Of a DNA stretch of 21,392 bases, positions 8,543-18,629 are shown piece by piece (position 1 is the first letter of the stretch; every line of letters begins with the position of its first letter). The stretch comes from an uncultured Gemmatimonadales bacterium (GTDB taxonomy: Bacteria > Gemmatimonadota > Gemmatimonadetes > Longimicrobiales > RSA9): assembly GCA_963783305.1 (NCBI GenBank), contig CAWAMW010000001.1:1-21392 (forward strand), read 5' to 3'. A model generated the notes under the pieces. That model saw only the letters and a program-made list of their open reading frames with translations, searched no databases and had not been told where the DNA came from. The position numbers and the translations under genes were made by a program.

Positions 8543-9708
8543 AAGGGGTGGTGCTGGTAACTGACGGGGAGCAGCGGGCGGCGCTGGCCACCATCCGGTC
8601 GCTGGGTCGCGCGGGCTACCGCTGCATCGTCTCCAGCGCCAGCGGCCGATCGCTGGCCGGGGCGTCTCGCCACAGCCAGCGGGAAGAGCGGGTGCCCGAC
8701 CCGGCGAGCGCGCCCGGGGAGCACGCGGCGGCGGTCCGGGAGCTGGTGGCGGCGGAGGGAGTGGGGCTGGTGATCCCCATCTCCGAGCCGTCCATCCTGT
8801 CGCTGCTGCCGGCGCGCGACGGGATCCCCGCCGCGATCCCCTTCCCCGCCCTCGCCACGTTCCAGGCCATCTGCGACAAGGGCCGCGTGCTGCGGGAGGC
8901 CGCCGAAGTCGGGATCCGGGTGCCGGGACAGGTGGAGGTGCGCTCGGCGGAAGAGGGTCGGGACATCGAACTGGACCTCCCGCTCGTCCTCAAGCCCGGC
9001 CGCTCCGTCTACACCGCGCCCGACGGGACCCGTGCCAAGGTGGGGGTGCGCTGGGCACGGAGCCGCGCCGAGCTGCGGGCGGCGCTGGAAGCCTACCCGC
9101 CCGCCGCGTACCCGATCCTGGCCCAGGAGGCCATCGAGGGCCCGGGGGTCGGGGTGTTCGTGCTGCTCCATGAGGGGCGCCTGGTGGCCCGCTTCTCTCA
9201 TCGGCGACTGCGCGAGAAGCCGCCCAGCGGGGGCGTGAGCGTGCTGCGCCAGAGCGAGCCCATGGACCCGGCGCTGCTCGACAGGAGCCTGGCGCTCCTC
9301 GAACGGTTCCGGTGGTCGGGCGTGGCCATGGTGGAGTACAAGCTGGACCGGAGGACGGGCGAGGCGTACCTCATGGAGATCAACGGTCGGCTCTGGGGGT
9401 CGCTCCAGCTGGCCATCGACGCCGGCGTCGACTTCCCGCGGCTGCTGGCGGCCGTTACCTTCGGGAACGCCGTCGAGCCGGTCGAGACGTACCGGTTCAC
9501 CCGGAGCCGCTGGTTCTGGGGCGACGTGGACCACGTGGCCGCCGTCTGGCGGGATGCGAGCGCGAGCTGGAGCGAGCGTCTCGGCTCGCTCGGCGGCTGG
9601 CTCCGCTCGTTCGGACCCGGCCACCGGAGCGAGGTGTTCCGCTGGAGCGACCCGCGACCCTTCGCGCGCGAGAGTCTGCGCTGGCTTCAGGACGCAACCC
9701 ACCGTTGA
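8539..9708 (+). CDS. ATP-grasp (carboxylate-amine ligase-like) protein
   Basis: GTGA overlap with the deacetylase; VLVTDGEQRAALATIRSLGRAG, CDK, PLVLKP, LAQEAIEGPG, HRRLREKPPSGGVS, GVAMVEYK and LMEINGRLWGS. Confidence 0.9.
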   Translation: MKGVVLVTDGEQRAALATIRSLGRAGYRCIVSSASGRSLAGASRHSQREERVPDPASAPGEHAAAVRELVAAEGVGLVIPISEPSILSLLPARDGIPAAIPFPALATFQAICDKGRVLREAAEVGIRVPGQVEVRSAEEGRDIELDLPLVLKPGRSVYTAPDGTRAKVGVRWARSRAELRAALEAYPPAAYPILAQEAIEGPGVGVFVLLHEGRLVARFSHRRLREKPPSGGVSVLRQSEPMDPALLDRSLALLERFRWSGVAMVEYKLDRRTGEAYLMEINGRLWGSLQLAIDAGVDFPRLLAAVTFGNAVEPVETYRFTRSRWFWGDVDHVAAVWRDASASWSERLGSLGGWLRSFGPGHRSEVFRWSDPRPFARESLRWLQDATHR

Positions 9709-9710
9709 AC

Positions 9711-11056
9711 ATGGCTTCGATGTCACAGCCGCGGCACGACCAGGCGGTGCCGGCAATGCTTCCGGGTGCGTCCCCGGGCGATCTGGAAGTTCCTCCGGAC
9801 GCAGCCGGCTTCCTTCTGGCTGATGAACTTCTATCTCTTCCTCGAATATGTTCGTCCGCAGACTATCTGGCCGTGGCTCGACGTGATCCCGTGGGCGCAG
9901 ACCACTCTGATACTGGCCACGGTCTCCTTCTTCCTGGAGGGGAAAACGTTCCGGCTGCGTACCGCCGCGGGCCCGCTCCTCATGGGCTTCTCGGCCATCG
10001 TCGCACTCTCCTCCTTCACCGCCCTCGATCCCAGCTATGCCATCGCCCGAATGGGAGCTCTTCTACTCCTGGATCCTGATCTACCTGCTGATCACGAACA
10101 CGATCACGACGGAGAAGCGATTCTTCGTTTTTCTCCTGGCGTTCCTGCTCTACTCGTTCAAGATGTCGCAGCACGGGTTCAGGGTGTGGGCCACCAGAGG
10201 ATTCGGATTCGCGGGCTGGGGCCTTGCCGGTCCAGGAGGGTGGTTCCAGAACTCGGGCGAGCTGGCAATTCAGATGTGCATCTTCCTGCCCCTGTCCGTC
10301 GAATTCGTGCTGGCGCTGCGCCCCCACATGGGCCGGTGGACCCGGTGGCTGTTCTACTTCGTTCCCGTGACAGCCCTCTCCACCATCGTGGCCTCTTCAT
10401 CCAGAGGGGGCCTGGTGGGCGCGGCGGCCCTGGGCGCATGGTGGGTGGCTCGATCGAAGCAGCGAGTACGCGTCCTCGTCGCTGTGCTGCTCGTCAGCGG
10501 CCTGACCTGGGCGGTGGTCCCGCCTGAGCAAAAGACCCGGTTCAGCGAGGCCGGAGAGGACGACGATTCTGTCACGCGAATCGAGCGTTGGAAGGCGGGG
10601 GTCGCCCTCGCCAACCAGTATCCGGTGCTCGGAATCGGCTACAAGAACTGGGGGCCCTATTTCGGCGGCTGGCTTTCCCACAACATTTTCATCGAGGCGA
10701 TGGCGGAGCTCGGCTACACAGGGCTGCTCTCGTTCCTCTCCCTCATCACGGCCACGTTCTGGATCAATGCCCGCACCCGCAAGCTGCTGAAGGGCGCCCG
10801 CACCTCCAGCAGCTTCATGGAACACATGGCACATGGTCTGGATGGTGCCCTGATCGGGTACATGGCGAGCGGCTTCTTCGTCACCGTTCTCTACTACCCG
10901 TTCTTCTGGATCAACCTGGCCATGACCGTGTCGCTGCATTCCGCGGCTCGGCACGAGGTGCGGCGACTGAGGCGAGAATTCGCCAGCCCGTCCCGGGCAG
11001 CGCCCCTGGGTCGCTCGTCTTCCTGGGGTACCCCTGGCCTCGCGGCTCCTCGATGA
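9711..11056 (+). CDS. O-antigen ligase / Wzy_C family membrane protein, resembling exosortase-associated putative O-glycosylation ligases; frameshifts near 9760 and 10048
   Basis: YLFLEYVRPQ, many TM helices, NSGELA, SSSRGGLVG, RIERWKAG, PVLGIGYKNW and SHNIFIEAMAELGYTG. The start (9711, 9720 or 9766) is uncertain. Confidence 0.85.
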
Positions 11057-12237
11057 AGATGGAACGGGGGCGGGTCCTGCACCTGATCGATACAACGGGG
11101 CCGGGCGGCGCCGAGACGGTCTTCCTCCAGCTGGCGGCGGGGCTGCGGCAGAGAGGGTGGGATTCACGGGCGGTAGTGGTCGGGCCCGGATGGGTGCTCG
11201 ACAGCATCCGGGAGATGCAGGTGGGTGTGGACATCGTGGAGACCCGGGGTCGCCTCGACATCGGATACCTCCTGTCGCTCCGGGACCTTGTCCGACAGCA
11301 CCGGATCCAGCTGATACACGCGCACCTCTTCAGCCCGGCCGTCTACGCGAGCGCCATCGGGGCGATCACCGGAACACCGGTGATCGCCACCTTCCATGGG
11401 TCTTCCGATACCCGTGCGGCGGGGGTCGGCGGCCGACTTCGATATCGGCTGCTGGAACGGAAGGCGCGCGTAGTATGCGTATCGGAGACCCTTCGCAGCG
11501 AGCTGCTCGCGCGACAGCGGCTGTCGGATGGCACAGTCAGCGTGATCCACAATGGAGTGGACGTGGACCTGTTCGCGGCCGCCGACGGAAGCGCTGTGCG
11601 GGAGGAGCTCGGCGCTGCCGACGACACCGTTCTCGTCGGCGCGCTCGGCAACGTCCGACCGGCCAAGGACTACGCCACTCTCATCCGTGCGGCCGCCAGG
11701 ATGGCACCGGACGAGCGCTTCCGCTTCGTCATCGCCGGCGAGCGAACGCAGCCGCTCTATGGCCAGCTGCTGGAGCTGCGGGACGGACTGGGCCTGGAGA
11801 GTCGAGTGCGGTTCATCGGCTTCCGCGATGATGTACCCGCTCTCCTCGCCGCGCTGGACATCCTCGTGATCAGCTCGAGCTCGGAAGGGTTCTCGCTCGC
11901 AGCGCTCCAGGCCATGGCGGCGGGTACCCCCGTCGTTGCCACCCGCTCGGGCGGCCCCGAAGGCATCATCACGCACGAGGAGGACGGTCTGCTCGTCGCG
12001 GCTAGATCCCCTGCCGACATCGCCGCGGCTGTCCAGCGGCTGGCCGACGATCCGGAGCTAGCGAGCGGGCTCAGGGGCAGGGCGCGGGAGACGGTGCGGA
12101 ATCAGTTCTCTCTGGCTGCCATGCTGGACAGGTACGAAAGGCTCTACACGGAGTCGCTCTCGACCGGCGACAGCCAGTCCTCCGCGACTCCCCTGGCACC
12201 CATCTCCGAGAGGAGTGAATCCAGCTCCTCGATCTGA
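11053..12237 (+). CDS. Glycosyltransferase family 4
   Basis: ATGA overlap; VLHLIDTTGPGGAE, IHAH, VIHNGVD, GNVRPAKD, DILVISSSSEGFSLAALQAMAAGTPVVAT. Confidence 0.93.
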   Translation: MKMERGRVLHLIDTTGPGGAETVFLQLAAGLRQRGWDSRAVVVGPGWVLDSIREMQVGVDIVETRGRLDIGYLLSLRDLVRQHRIQLIHAHLFSPAVYASAIGAITGTPVIATFHGSSDTRAAGVGGRLRYRLLERKARVVCVSETLRSELLARQRLSDGTVSVIHNGVDVDLFAAADGSAVREELGAADDTVLVGALGNVRPAKDYATLIRAAARMAPDERFRFVIAGERTQPLYGQLLELRDGLGLESRVRFIGFRDDVPALLAALDILVISSSSEGFSLAALQAMAAGTPVVATRSGGPEGIITHEEDGLLVAARSPADIAAAVQRLADDPELASGLRGRARETVRNQFSLAAMLDRYERLYTESLSTGDSQSSATPLAPISERSESSSSI

Positions 12238-13037
12238 GGACGAAAACGGTCCTGCAGGTGCGACCTGAGGCGCGGCGTGACGGGACGCTCCGACGGGTCC
12301 CGGTTGGACCTCCTGCTGAGGCCGGTCGTCACCAGTCGTCCGTCGACCCCGATATGATCCCTGACCTCCATCAGGAACCGCTCAGGCGCAGCGGCGAGGG
12401 AATCGTACCGAAAGACGCGAAAGTTCTCCCCGAACGCGTCGCGCCAGAGGCGAACCATCCGCGGGTAGTCGTTTCTCAATCTGTATCCTGCCCAATCGAC
12501 CTCCCGGAGGATGTCATCGAGGGCCGCGTTGCTTATCCGTTCGTCCTTCCAGCGGTACATCATCTTCACCGCGGACCACAGCCGTTCCACTGGATCGCGG
12601 ACCAGCAGCAGGATGCGGCAGTCCGGCTTCAGAACGCGTCGCGCGAACGCTACGCCCCGATCATCGAGCGTGGAGTAGGCGGGCGTGATATCGCCCGCCT
12701 TCCGGCCCTCCACGACATCCGCTGGAAACAGGGAATAGTACCAGGTGTTCGACAGCGCACCATGATGATGGAAGCGCCGGATCCACCGGAGCGTCCTCAG
12801 CCCCGGCCGCTCGATCAGCGGCCGGTACTTCTCCCTGAATCCCGGCGGAACCCGCTCTTCCACGCCCAGGAGCTCTTCGGCCGGGCACACCCGATTGAAG
12901 AAGTGGAGCTCCTTCACAGGCGGCAGCCATACACCTGGCTGGAGAGCCAGGTTGTCATAGAGCCAGGTGGTTCCCGCCTTCTGGGCCCCAATGCAGACGA
13001 AGTCCGGCCCGGATCTATCACCTCTGCCCGTCGTCAA
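12144..13037 (-). CDS. PAPS-dependent sulfotransferase
   Basis: TTG 13037 overlaps the upstream stop (TTGA). Motifs PDFVCIGAQKAGTTWLY, KELHFF, GDITPAYS and RDPVERLWS. Confidence 0.9.
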   Translation of the reverse strand: MTTGRGDRSGPDFVCIGAQKAGTTWLYDNLALQPGVWLPPVKELHFFNRVCPAEELLGVEERVPPGFREKYRPLIERPGLRTLRWIRRFHHHGALSNTWYYSLFPADVVEGRKAGDITPAYSTLDDRGVAFARRVLKPDCRILLLVRDPVERLWSAVKMMYRWKDERISNAALDDILREVDWAGYRLRNDYPRMVRLWRDAFGENFRVFRYDSLAAAPERFLMEVRDHIGVDGRLVTTGLSRRSNRDPSERPVTPRLRSHLQDRFRPQIEELDSLLSEMGARGVAEDWLSPVESDSV

Positions 13038-14722
13038 AACCGGTGCCCGCCCGCTGCGGCAGCGATGGTGGCCGAGGCGAACGCGACTGGAACATTGGTG
13101 GGCCCAAGATTCTTCTCCCACCGGTTCCAGGACTCACGCGTGACAAAATCAAGGCGGGGATCACCCGAGGTGTAGTCAGTCGCGTTGAAGTCCGTTCTTT
13201 TCATTGCGGCGGGCCAATCACATCTGCCAACGATTCGGCGTCCTCGAAGGCGGGCCGCTATGCCCGCGCGCAGCTCGGTCCTGATTCGCTCCCCCTTCGG
13301 CTCCGGGTTGAAGGGACGTTTTCCGCGCCTGCGCAGGCGAGCAGTGATTGCGCCATCATACGCACGCTGACCGGCCAGTGCATCGGCTGACGCAGTGAGC
13401 GCTGATGCGATCAGCTGCCGATGCAGGAAGGGATAGGAAATGGGCAGAAACCAATCGCACAAGTCGAACATCATCGAGATCCAGCGTGCCTGCCGCCATT
13501 GAAGATCGAGGATCATCAAGGCGCTAGTGGGTCCTATGTCCTTCGCGAGTTTCTCGAAAAGTCCGAGAACGTGGTTTTTTACGAATTGGCTCTCTTCAGC
13601 GTAGACCTGCCCGAGGAGCGGGTCACGCTGGCTCGGCAACAGAATACTGAGGGCGTACTCATGATCTGGCCGCCCGGTCGGACCGGAGTGGGCACCAGTC
13701 AATGCGTCCCCAAGAAAACCTACCACAGCTAGGCTTGCCTTCTCTCTGACCCATTCCACGCCCGCAATGTTGTGCCCTGTCTGAAGTCCCGAGCAACCGG
13801 CGTGTAGTCCAATCACCTGAGGCCGGTATGAGTTCAGAGTCCAGTCTCCATATGGCACCTTCAGCGCTTTCAAGCCCAGCTTCTTCGCCCGACTCCTCCC
13901 TCTGACAGCGTCCACGGAATACGACTCACCGTAGGTAGCCGACGTATTCGGATACTCAGATTCTGCGATAGCGACTGCCGTGGAATCGCGTCCGCCTGAG
14001 TACATCAGAATGCTGGTAGCGTCGTAAGACTCACGCTGGGCGCTGTGATCCATCATCGTCCAGAACGTTGACGGATTGAGCGGAGGGGCGTCCGTGCTCA
14101 TAAGCTCCTGGAGCCACTGATCTCTGGAACCCGCCAGCCGTGGACCATTCAGATCAGCGATCAGGCGCATCCCGGCGGGCAGTCGGTAGACACCCTCGAA
14201 ATGTGTCTCATCGAACACCTGCGACCTGCCGAGCAACTGAGCCGCCACACCAACCTGGTTCAGCCGTGGCTGCCAAGGCAGAAGCTGGAGAAGTAGCCCA
14301 AGATGCGAACTGAAGTATGTGATCCTGTCAGAAGCTGCGTAGAAGACGGCGCCGGCGCCGATCCAGTCCGTAAAGAGTTCGACGGCACCTCCTGCACGTA
14401 CGCGCACACCCGAGTACTTCCCGTCGAAGCTGGAATACGATGGGGTCTCGCCAAACTTCTGATTCCAGATGAGCCTGTCCTGAAAGAAGGGTCTGCCCGT
14501 GAACAGAAGTAGACCAGCCGGGCTGATCTCGGCACCGTTCCCGTGCTGCGTACGTTCAACCACCGTCAATCTGGTCGAACCGACCTCCATGCACCGAATG
14601 AACATAGTTGGAGAGGGGCAGATCAACTGGGAGAGTGGGGCGCGGTGGTCCTCCAAAAGCGGAGCGGTCACTCCGGCATAGGCCTGTACTGACAAGGGGG
14701 CAAGCACGTTGTCAGATGTCAT
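13034..14722 (-). CDS. Asparagine synthetase (AsnB)-like protein with a degenerate glutaminase domain
   Basis: TDWIGAGAVFY...FSS and FEGVYRLPAG match the AsnB N-domain. YSGGRDST is a PP-loop-like motif (cf. LSGGLDS). GFLGDALTG and YPFL are also present. GAAGG precedes ATG 14722. There is no N-terminal catalytic Cys. Confidence 0.7.
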   Translation of the reverse strand: MTSDNVLAPLSVQAYAGVTAPLLEDHRAPLSQLICPSPTMFIRCMEVGSTRLTVVERTQHGNGAEISPAGLLLFTGRPFFQDRLIWNQKFGETPSYSSFDGKYSGVRVRAGGAVELFTDWIGAGAVFYAASDRITYFSSHLGLLLQLLPWQPRLNQVGVAAQLLGRSQVFDETHFEGVYRLPAGMRLIADLNGPRLAGSRDQWLQELMSTDAPPLNPSTFWTMMDHSAQRESYDATSILMYSGGRDSTAVAIAESEYPNTSATYGESYSVDAVRGRSRAKKLGLKALKVPYGDWTLNSYRPQVIGLHAGCSGLQTGHNIAGVEWVREKASLAVVGFLGDALTGAHSGPTGRPDHEYALSILLPSQRDPLLGQVYAEESQFVKNHVLGLFEKLAKDIGPTSALMILDLQWRQARWISMMFDLCDWFLPISYPFLHRQLIASALTASADALAGQRAYDGAITARLRRRGKRPFNPEPKGERIRTELRAGIAARLRGRRIVGRCDWPAAMKRTDFNATDYTSGDPRLDFVTRESWNRWEKNLGPTNVPVAFASATIAAAAGGHRF

Positions 14723-14779
14723 TGAGTACCTTCGGGGCAGCAGTGTTCACTTGGTTCATTCGGAAGATTTCAGGCACCT

Positions 14780-15961
14780 TCAGACTTCCTTTTTCCCCTC
14801 GTAATGCAAGCGCCGGTACGTGTCAACGTACATGTGTCCTGTCACCGAAATGCTGAAATGGCTCTGCACCCGTTCTGCGGCCGCCTTGCCGATCCGTTCC
14901 GCCCGCCGCTCATCGCCGGGGCCGAAAGCGGCTTCCAGGGACTCGAGGAAAGTGGACGCGTCGCGTGGCTCGAAGAGGAACCCTGACTCGCCGTGCTCGA
15001 TGACGTCTTCAGCGCCGCCCGTGCGAGTGGCGATGGGGACGAGGCCCGAGGCCATGGCCTCGATCAGTGCGTTGGGCAGGCCTTCACTCGTGGACGGCAG
15101 CACATAGCCATCGGATGCCTGCAGATAGCGATGGACGGCGGGGTCGCGCTCGCGCAGGATGATGCGGTCCCGCACGGGGCTGCGGGCGACCTCCTCGAGC
15201 AGGTGCCTCATGTACCCGGTCTGGCTGTCTTCGCGGGCCGGACCGCCGACCAGCACCAGCGTCAGATCCAGCCGAGCCAGGGGCTCCGCCAGGACCGGGA
15301 TCAGCCAGTCCAGTGACTTGCGGGCGATGAACACCCCGTGGTAGACCAGGATCCTGCCCCGGGAGGGGAGCGAGAGATCCTTTCGCAGCCGTTCCTTCGT
15401 CTCGGCGGCAACAGGATGGTCAATGTTCGTGTCCACCCCGTTGGGGATGCGATGAAGCCTGGATACAGGGAGGCCACTGAGCCCGAACTCCTCTTCCAGG
15501 CGCCTGCTGAGGACCACAAATGCTCCCGCACCCTGCAGCATTCGCCGCTGGACCCTCCCGCTCCTGGACGTCCCAAGCCCGGCGAACTCGCCGGAAATGC
15601 TCGAACGTACCAGTACCGGCTTCCCGAGCAGTCGCGCCATGGGCACCGCGGCGGACTGGCTGAACTCTGCCGAGTGGACATGCAGGACATCGAACCGCCG
15701 ACGCAGCGCCAGAAGCCGTGCACCGACCCGGCTCCAGTACGCGAGCAGTTGCGGATAGCTCGGATCGGGAGGGGGCGGGCGCACCCGGTGCAGGGGGAAG
15801 CCCTCGATCTGCTCATCGCGCCCGCTGTTCGGCGTGCCATCGGTGAGGAAAACGACGTCCCAGCCCTCCGCCTTCACCACGCGGGCCAGCGTCAGCGCCT
15901 GCTTCCCAGCGCCGCTGGGGTCGGGCGGCATGAACCGCTGGTAAATGCAAACCGACGGCAT
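14780..15961 (-). CDS. Glycosyltransferase family 4
   Basis: SGAGKQA, DVLHVH, IPNGVD, DGYVLPSTSEGLPNALIEAMASGLVPIATRTGG and GESGFLF. Confidence 0.93.
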   Translation of the reverse strand: MPSVCIYQRFMPPDPSGAGKQALTLARVVKAEGWDVVFLTDGTPNSGRDEQIEGFPLHRVRPPPPDPSYPQLLAYWSRVGARLLALRRRFDVLHVHSAEFSQSAAVPMARLLGKPVLVRSSISGEFAGLGTSRSGRVQRRMLQGAGAFVVLSRRLEEEFGLSGLPVSRLHRIPNGVDTNIDHPVAAETKERLRKDLSLPSRGRILVYHGVFIARKSLDWLIPVLAEPLARLDLTLVLVGGPAREDSQTGYMRHLLEEVARSPVRDRIILRERDPAVHRYLQASDGYVLPSTSEGLPNALIEAMASGLVPIATRTGGAEDVIEHGESGFLFEPRDASTFLESLEAAFGPGDERRAERIGKAAAERVQSHFSISVTGHMYVDTYRRLHYEGKKEV

Positions 15962-15986
15962 CAGTCGGCGACCATGGGAGAACGCG

Positions 15987-16874
15987 TCATGACGTGTCCC
16001 GCGGGTGCCCCGGACCCTCGAGGGTTGTGGTCCACTCTTCGAAGGGGCGTCCGAGCAGCGTTTCGAGCCGGCGAACCGACTCCCGCAGGTGGGGCCGGAT
16101 CTCCTCGATCACGTCGTCCAGCGCTTCCCTCGGCATGGGATCCGCGGAGCGGTAGGCCAGGCGTTGCCCGATCCTCTTGACCGCCCGTGGAATGGCCGGC
16201 GAGACTCCGCCCCAGAGCGAGACCGTGAAAATCGGTCCAGCCAGCCGTGCCCGCGGACGCGAGTGAAGGTCTCCGGCCTGGCGTTCTGCTTCTCGAGGCG
16301 AAGGTCGGCGCCGCCGGGTGGAAGCCTCAGCCACTCCAGTATGTTCCCCGTGATGCGCTCGGGCTGCCGACCAGCTCCTCGAACGTCGCGGTGAAGATGG
16401 CGTCCATGCCGAAAGTCCGGATGAACGGCTCGAGCTGCATGGCGTAGTCGCTCACCGCCAGGTACTCCGGAACCTCCCGAAGCGCTTCGCGAAGACCCGA
16501 TGCTCCTGGTGCTTCCGAACATTGTGCCAGTAGCTGCTGAGCGTGCGTTCCACCGGGTCCCGCATCAGATAGATGAAGCGCGGCTCTTCCTCCACAAAAG
16601 ACGCGATTCGCTCAGGCACCCCTTCGTACAGCGGCCGCTTGGTGTAGTGCGTGCTCGATTCACCACGGTAGCGAGCCGTTCCGGCTCCGGCAAAGAGACT
16701 CAGGTACCACTCGGTGTCCGCGGGATAGTAGCTCAACTCCGGCACGAAGAAGCCCGGCTCCTTCGGGTCGGAGAGGAAAATGTCGGGGTGCTGGGCCAGC
16801 AGGTGGTGCAGCGAAGTCGTCCCCGATTTCGCCGCTCCGATGATGAACAGATTGGGACCCATTGGCTCGGCCAT
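15987..16874 (-). CDS. PAPS-dependent sulfotransferase; frameshifts near 16497, 16368 and 16220
   Basis: PNLFIIGAAKSGTTSL, KEPGFF, GESSTHY and RDPVERTLSSYWH. It continues in shifted frames as YLAVSDYAMQLEPFIRTFG...TFEELV, QPERITGNILEWL...N and ...RLETLLGRPFEEW. The true stop could instead be the TGA at 15963-15961, coupled to the next GT. Confidence 0.85.
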
Positions 16875-17260
16875 CCCGCAGCAACACCCGTATTCGAGAG
16901 CTTGGATTCGTGTGTCGGGTCGACATTGAAAACCCGACCACGAACGTCGCTTCGTCTCCGAGCGACGTCAACAGCATGGGAGTGCCTGCGGGACCAGAGA
17001 GGACGGACACGGCGGCCGTTCCGGCCTTGTTCCGGACCGGGGCGCACGCCATCTTGTCTCGCTGTAACGAGAGCCTGCATGAGCAGAGCGACCTTCCTCG
17101 ATAGCCCTTCAGATCGTTTCGTACCCCGCCCGCTATTGCCGCATGAGACCTCGAAATGCTGCTCATCACGGTCACGTGGTGCCCGGCATGCGCCCCTACT
17201 GTGGAGACCGGTGCTTCCCGGTTCACATTCGGGTGTGCCTGAGCGTCCGGAGCGCCCGTG

Positions 17261-18629
17261 ATGGCAAATCTTCTCCCGCGAGCGATCTTCCACGCGGCCA
17301 CCCGGCTGAGGGGCGAGGGCAACTGGAAGCAGCACCTCGGCGAGCTGAGACGTCTGGAGCGCGCCGGTACAGTCGAGGTCGAGGCCGACCAGGCCCGCAG
17401 GCTCGATCGGATGCTGACGTTCGCCACCGAGAGCGTCGAGCAGTATCGAGGGCGTTCACCGGGCTCCCGGCGGGGTCTGCTCCAGGACGCACGTCTCCGC
17501 CTGTCTTCGTTTCCGCTGCTCGAGAAGCGGACCATACAGCAGACTCCCGAGCGCCTGCACGGCGACCTGAGAGCACGGACCATCGTCAAGTCCACGGGCG
17601 GCTCCACCGGTGAGCCCGTGAAGCTGCTGAAGACCGCCGACGGCGTCGCCCTGGAGAGGGCCGCCAGCTGGCTTGGGCCTCGGCTGGTTCGGCATCGGGG
17701 TGGGCGACCCCGCGGTTCGCTTCTGGGGCACGCCGCTCACGACCTCCCGTCGCTTCCGGTTCCGCCTGGCCGATCTGGCCATGAACCGGATCCGCCTCTC
17801 CGCCTTCGACATCGACGAGGCCGACCTGGAGCGCTACTACGACCGCATACAGCGGTTCCAGCCGGCCTGGTTCTACGGGTACGCGTCGCTGATCGATCTC
17901 ATGGCGGAGTGGATCGAGGAGACGGGCCGCGATGGCACCGCGCTGGGCCTGCGCGCCATCGTGCCCACGTCCGAGCCGCTGAGTGCGGCGCAGCGGGAGC
18001 GGATCACCCGGGTCTTCGGTGCGCCCGTCCAGAACGAGTACGGTTGCGGCGAGGTGGGGGCGATGGCCTACGAGTGCGAGCAGGGCATGCTCCACGTCAT
18101 GACGAGCTCGGTCCTGGTGGAGGTCCTGAACGACGATGGCTCGCCGGCCGCTCCCGGGGAGACGGGGGAGGTGGTGGTGACCGACCTCAACAACTACGCG
18201 ATGCCCCTCATCCGCTACCGGATGGGCGATCGTGCGGTGCCGGGACGGCCCTGCCCGTGCGGCCGGCCGTACCCCACCCTCGAGAAGGTGGTCGGGCGAA
18301 TCCACGATGTCGTGTTTACGCCGGCGGGCCGGCGCTGGCACGGGGAGAAGATCGACTACCTCATGTCGTCGATCCACCAGGAGCTGTTCCCGTTCCAGCG
18401 GTACCAGGTGGTGCAGAAGGAGCCGGACCTCCTGGAGGTGAGGCTCGTGGCGGACGCGCCGATCCCCGAGGCCGCCAGCGAGCGGATCTCCGCGTACGTC
18501 CGGGAGCGGCTGGACGGCATGCGGACGGAGGTCCGGCGGGTGGAGCGGATCGAGCGGAGCGCCAGCGGCAAGCTGCGTCTGGTACGGAACGACGTGCAGG
18601 GTCGACCGGAGCAGGAGGAGGATGCTTGA
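17261..18629 (+). CDS. Phenylacetate-CoA ligase family (CapK-like) adenylate-forming enzyme; frameshift near 17675
   Basis: FPLLEK and STGGSTGEP (ANL P-loop), then GYAS, TSEPL, NEYGCGE, GEVVVTDLNNYAMPLIRYRMGD, GRIHD, YQVVQ and SASGKLR. Confidence 0.88.

Noticed and set aside
13034..14722. Lasso-peptide cyclase or RiPP cluster (AsnB-like without Cys1, with an ATP-grasp gene nearby)
   Set aside because: No precursor peptide, leader peptidase or RRE gene is visible, and the context is entirely polysaccharide biosynthesis.
16974..16987. Minus-strand sigma-54-like motif AGGCACTCCCATGC
   Set aside because: Spacing is 9 rather than 10 nt and the -12 element is weak.
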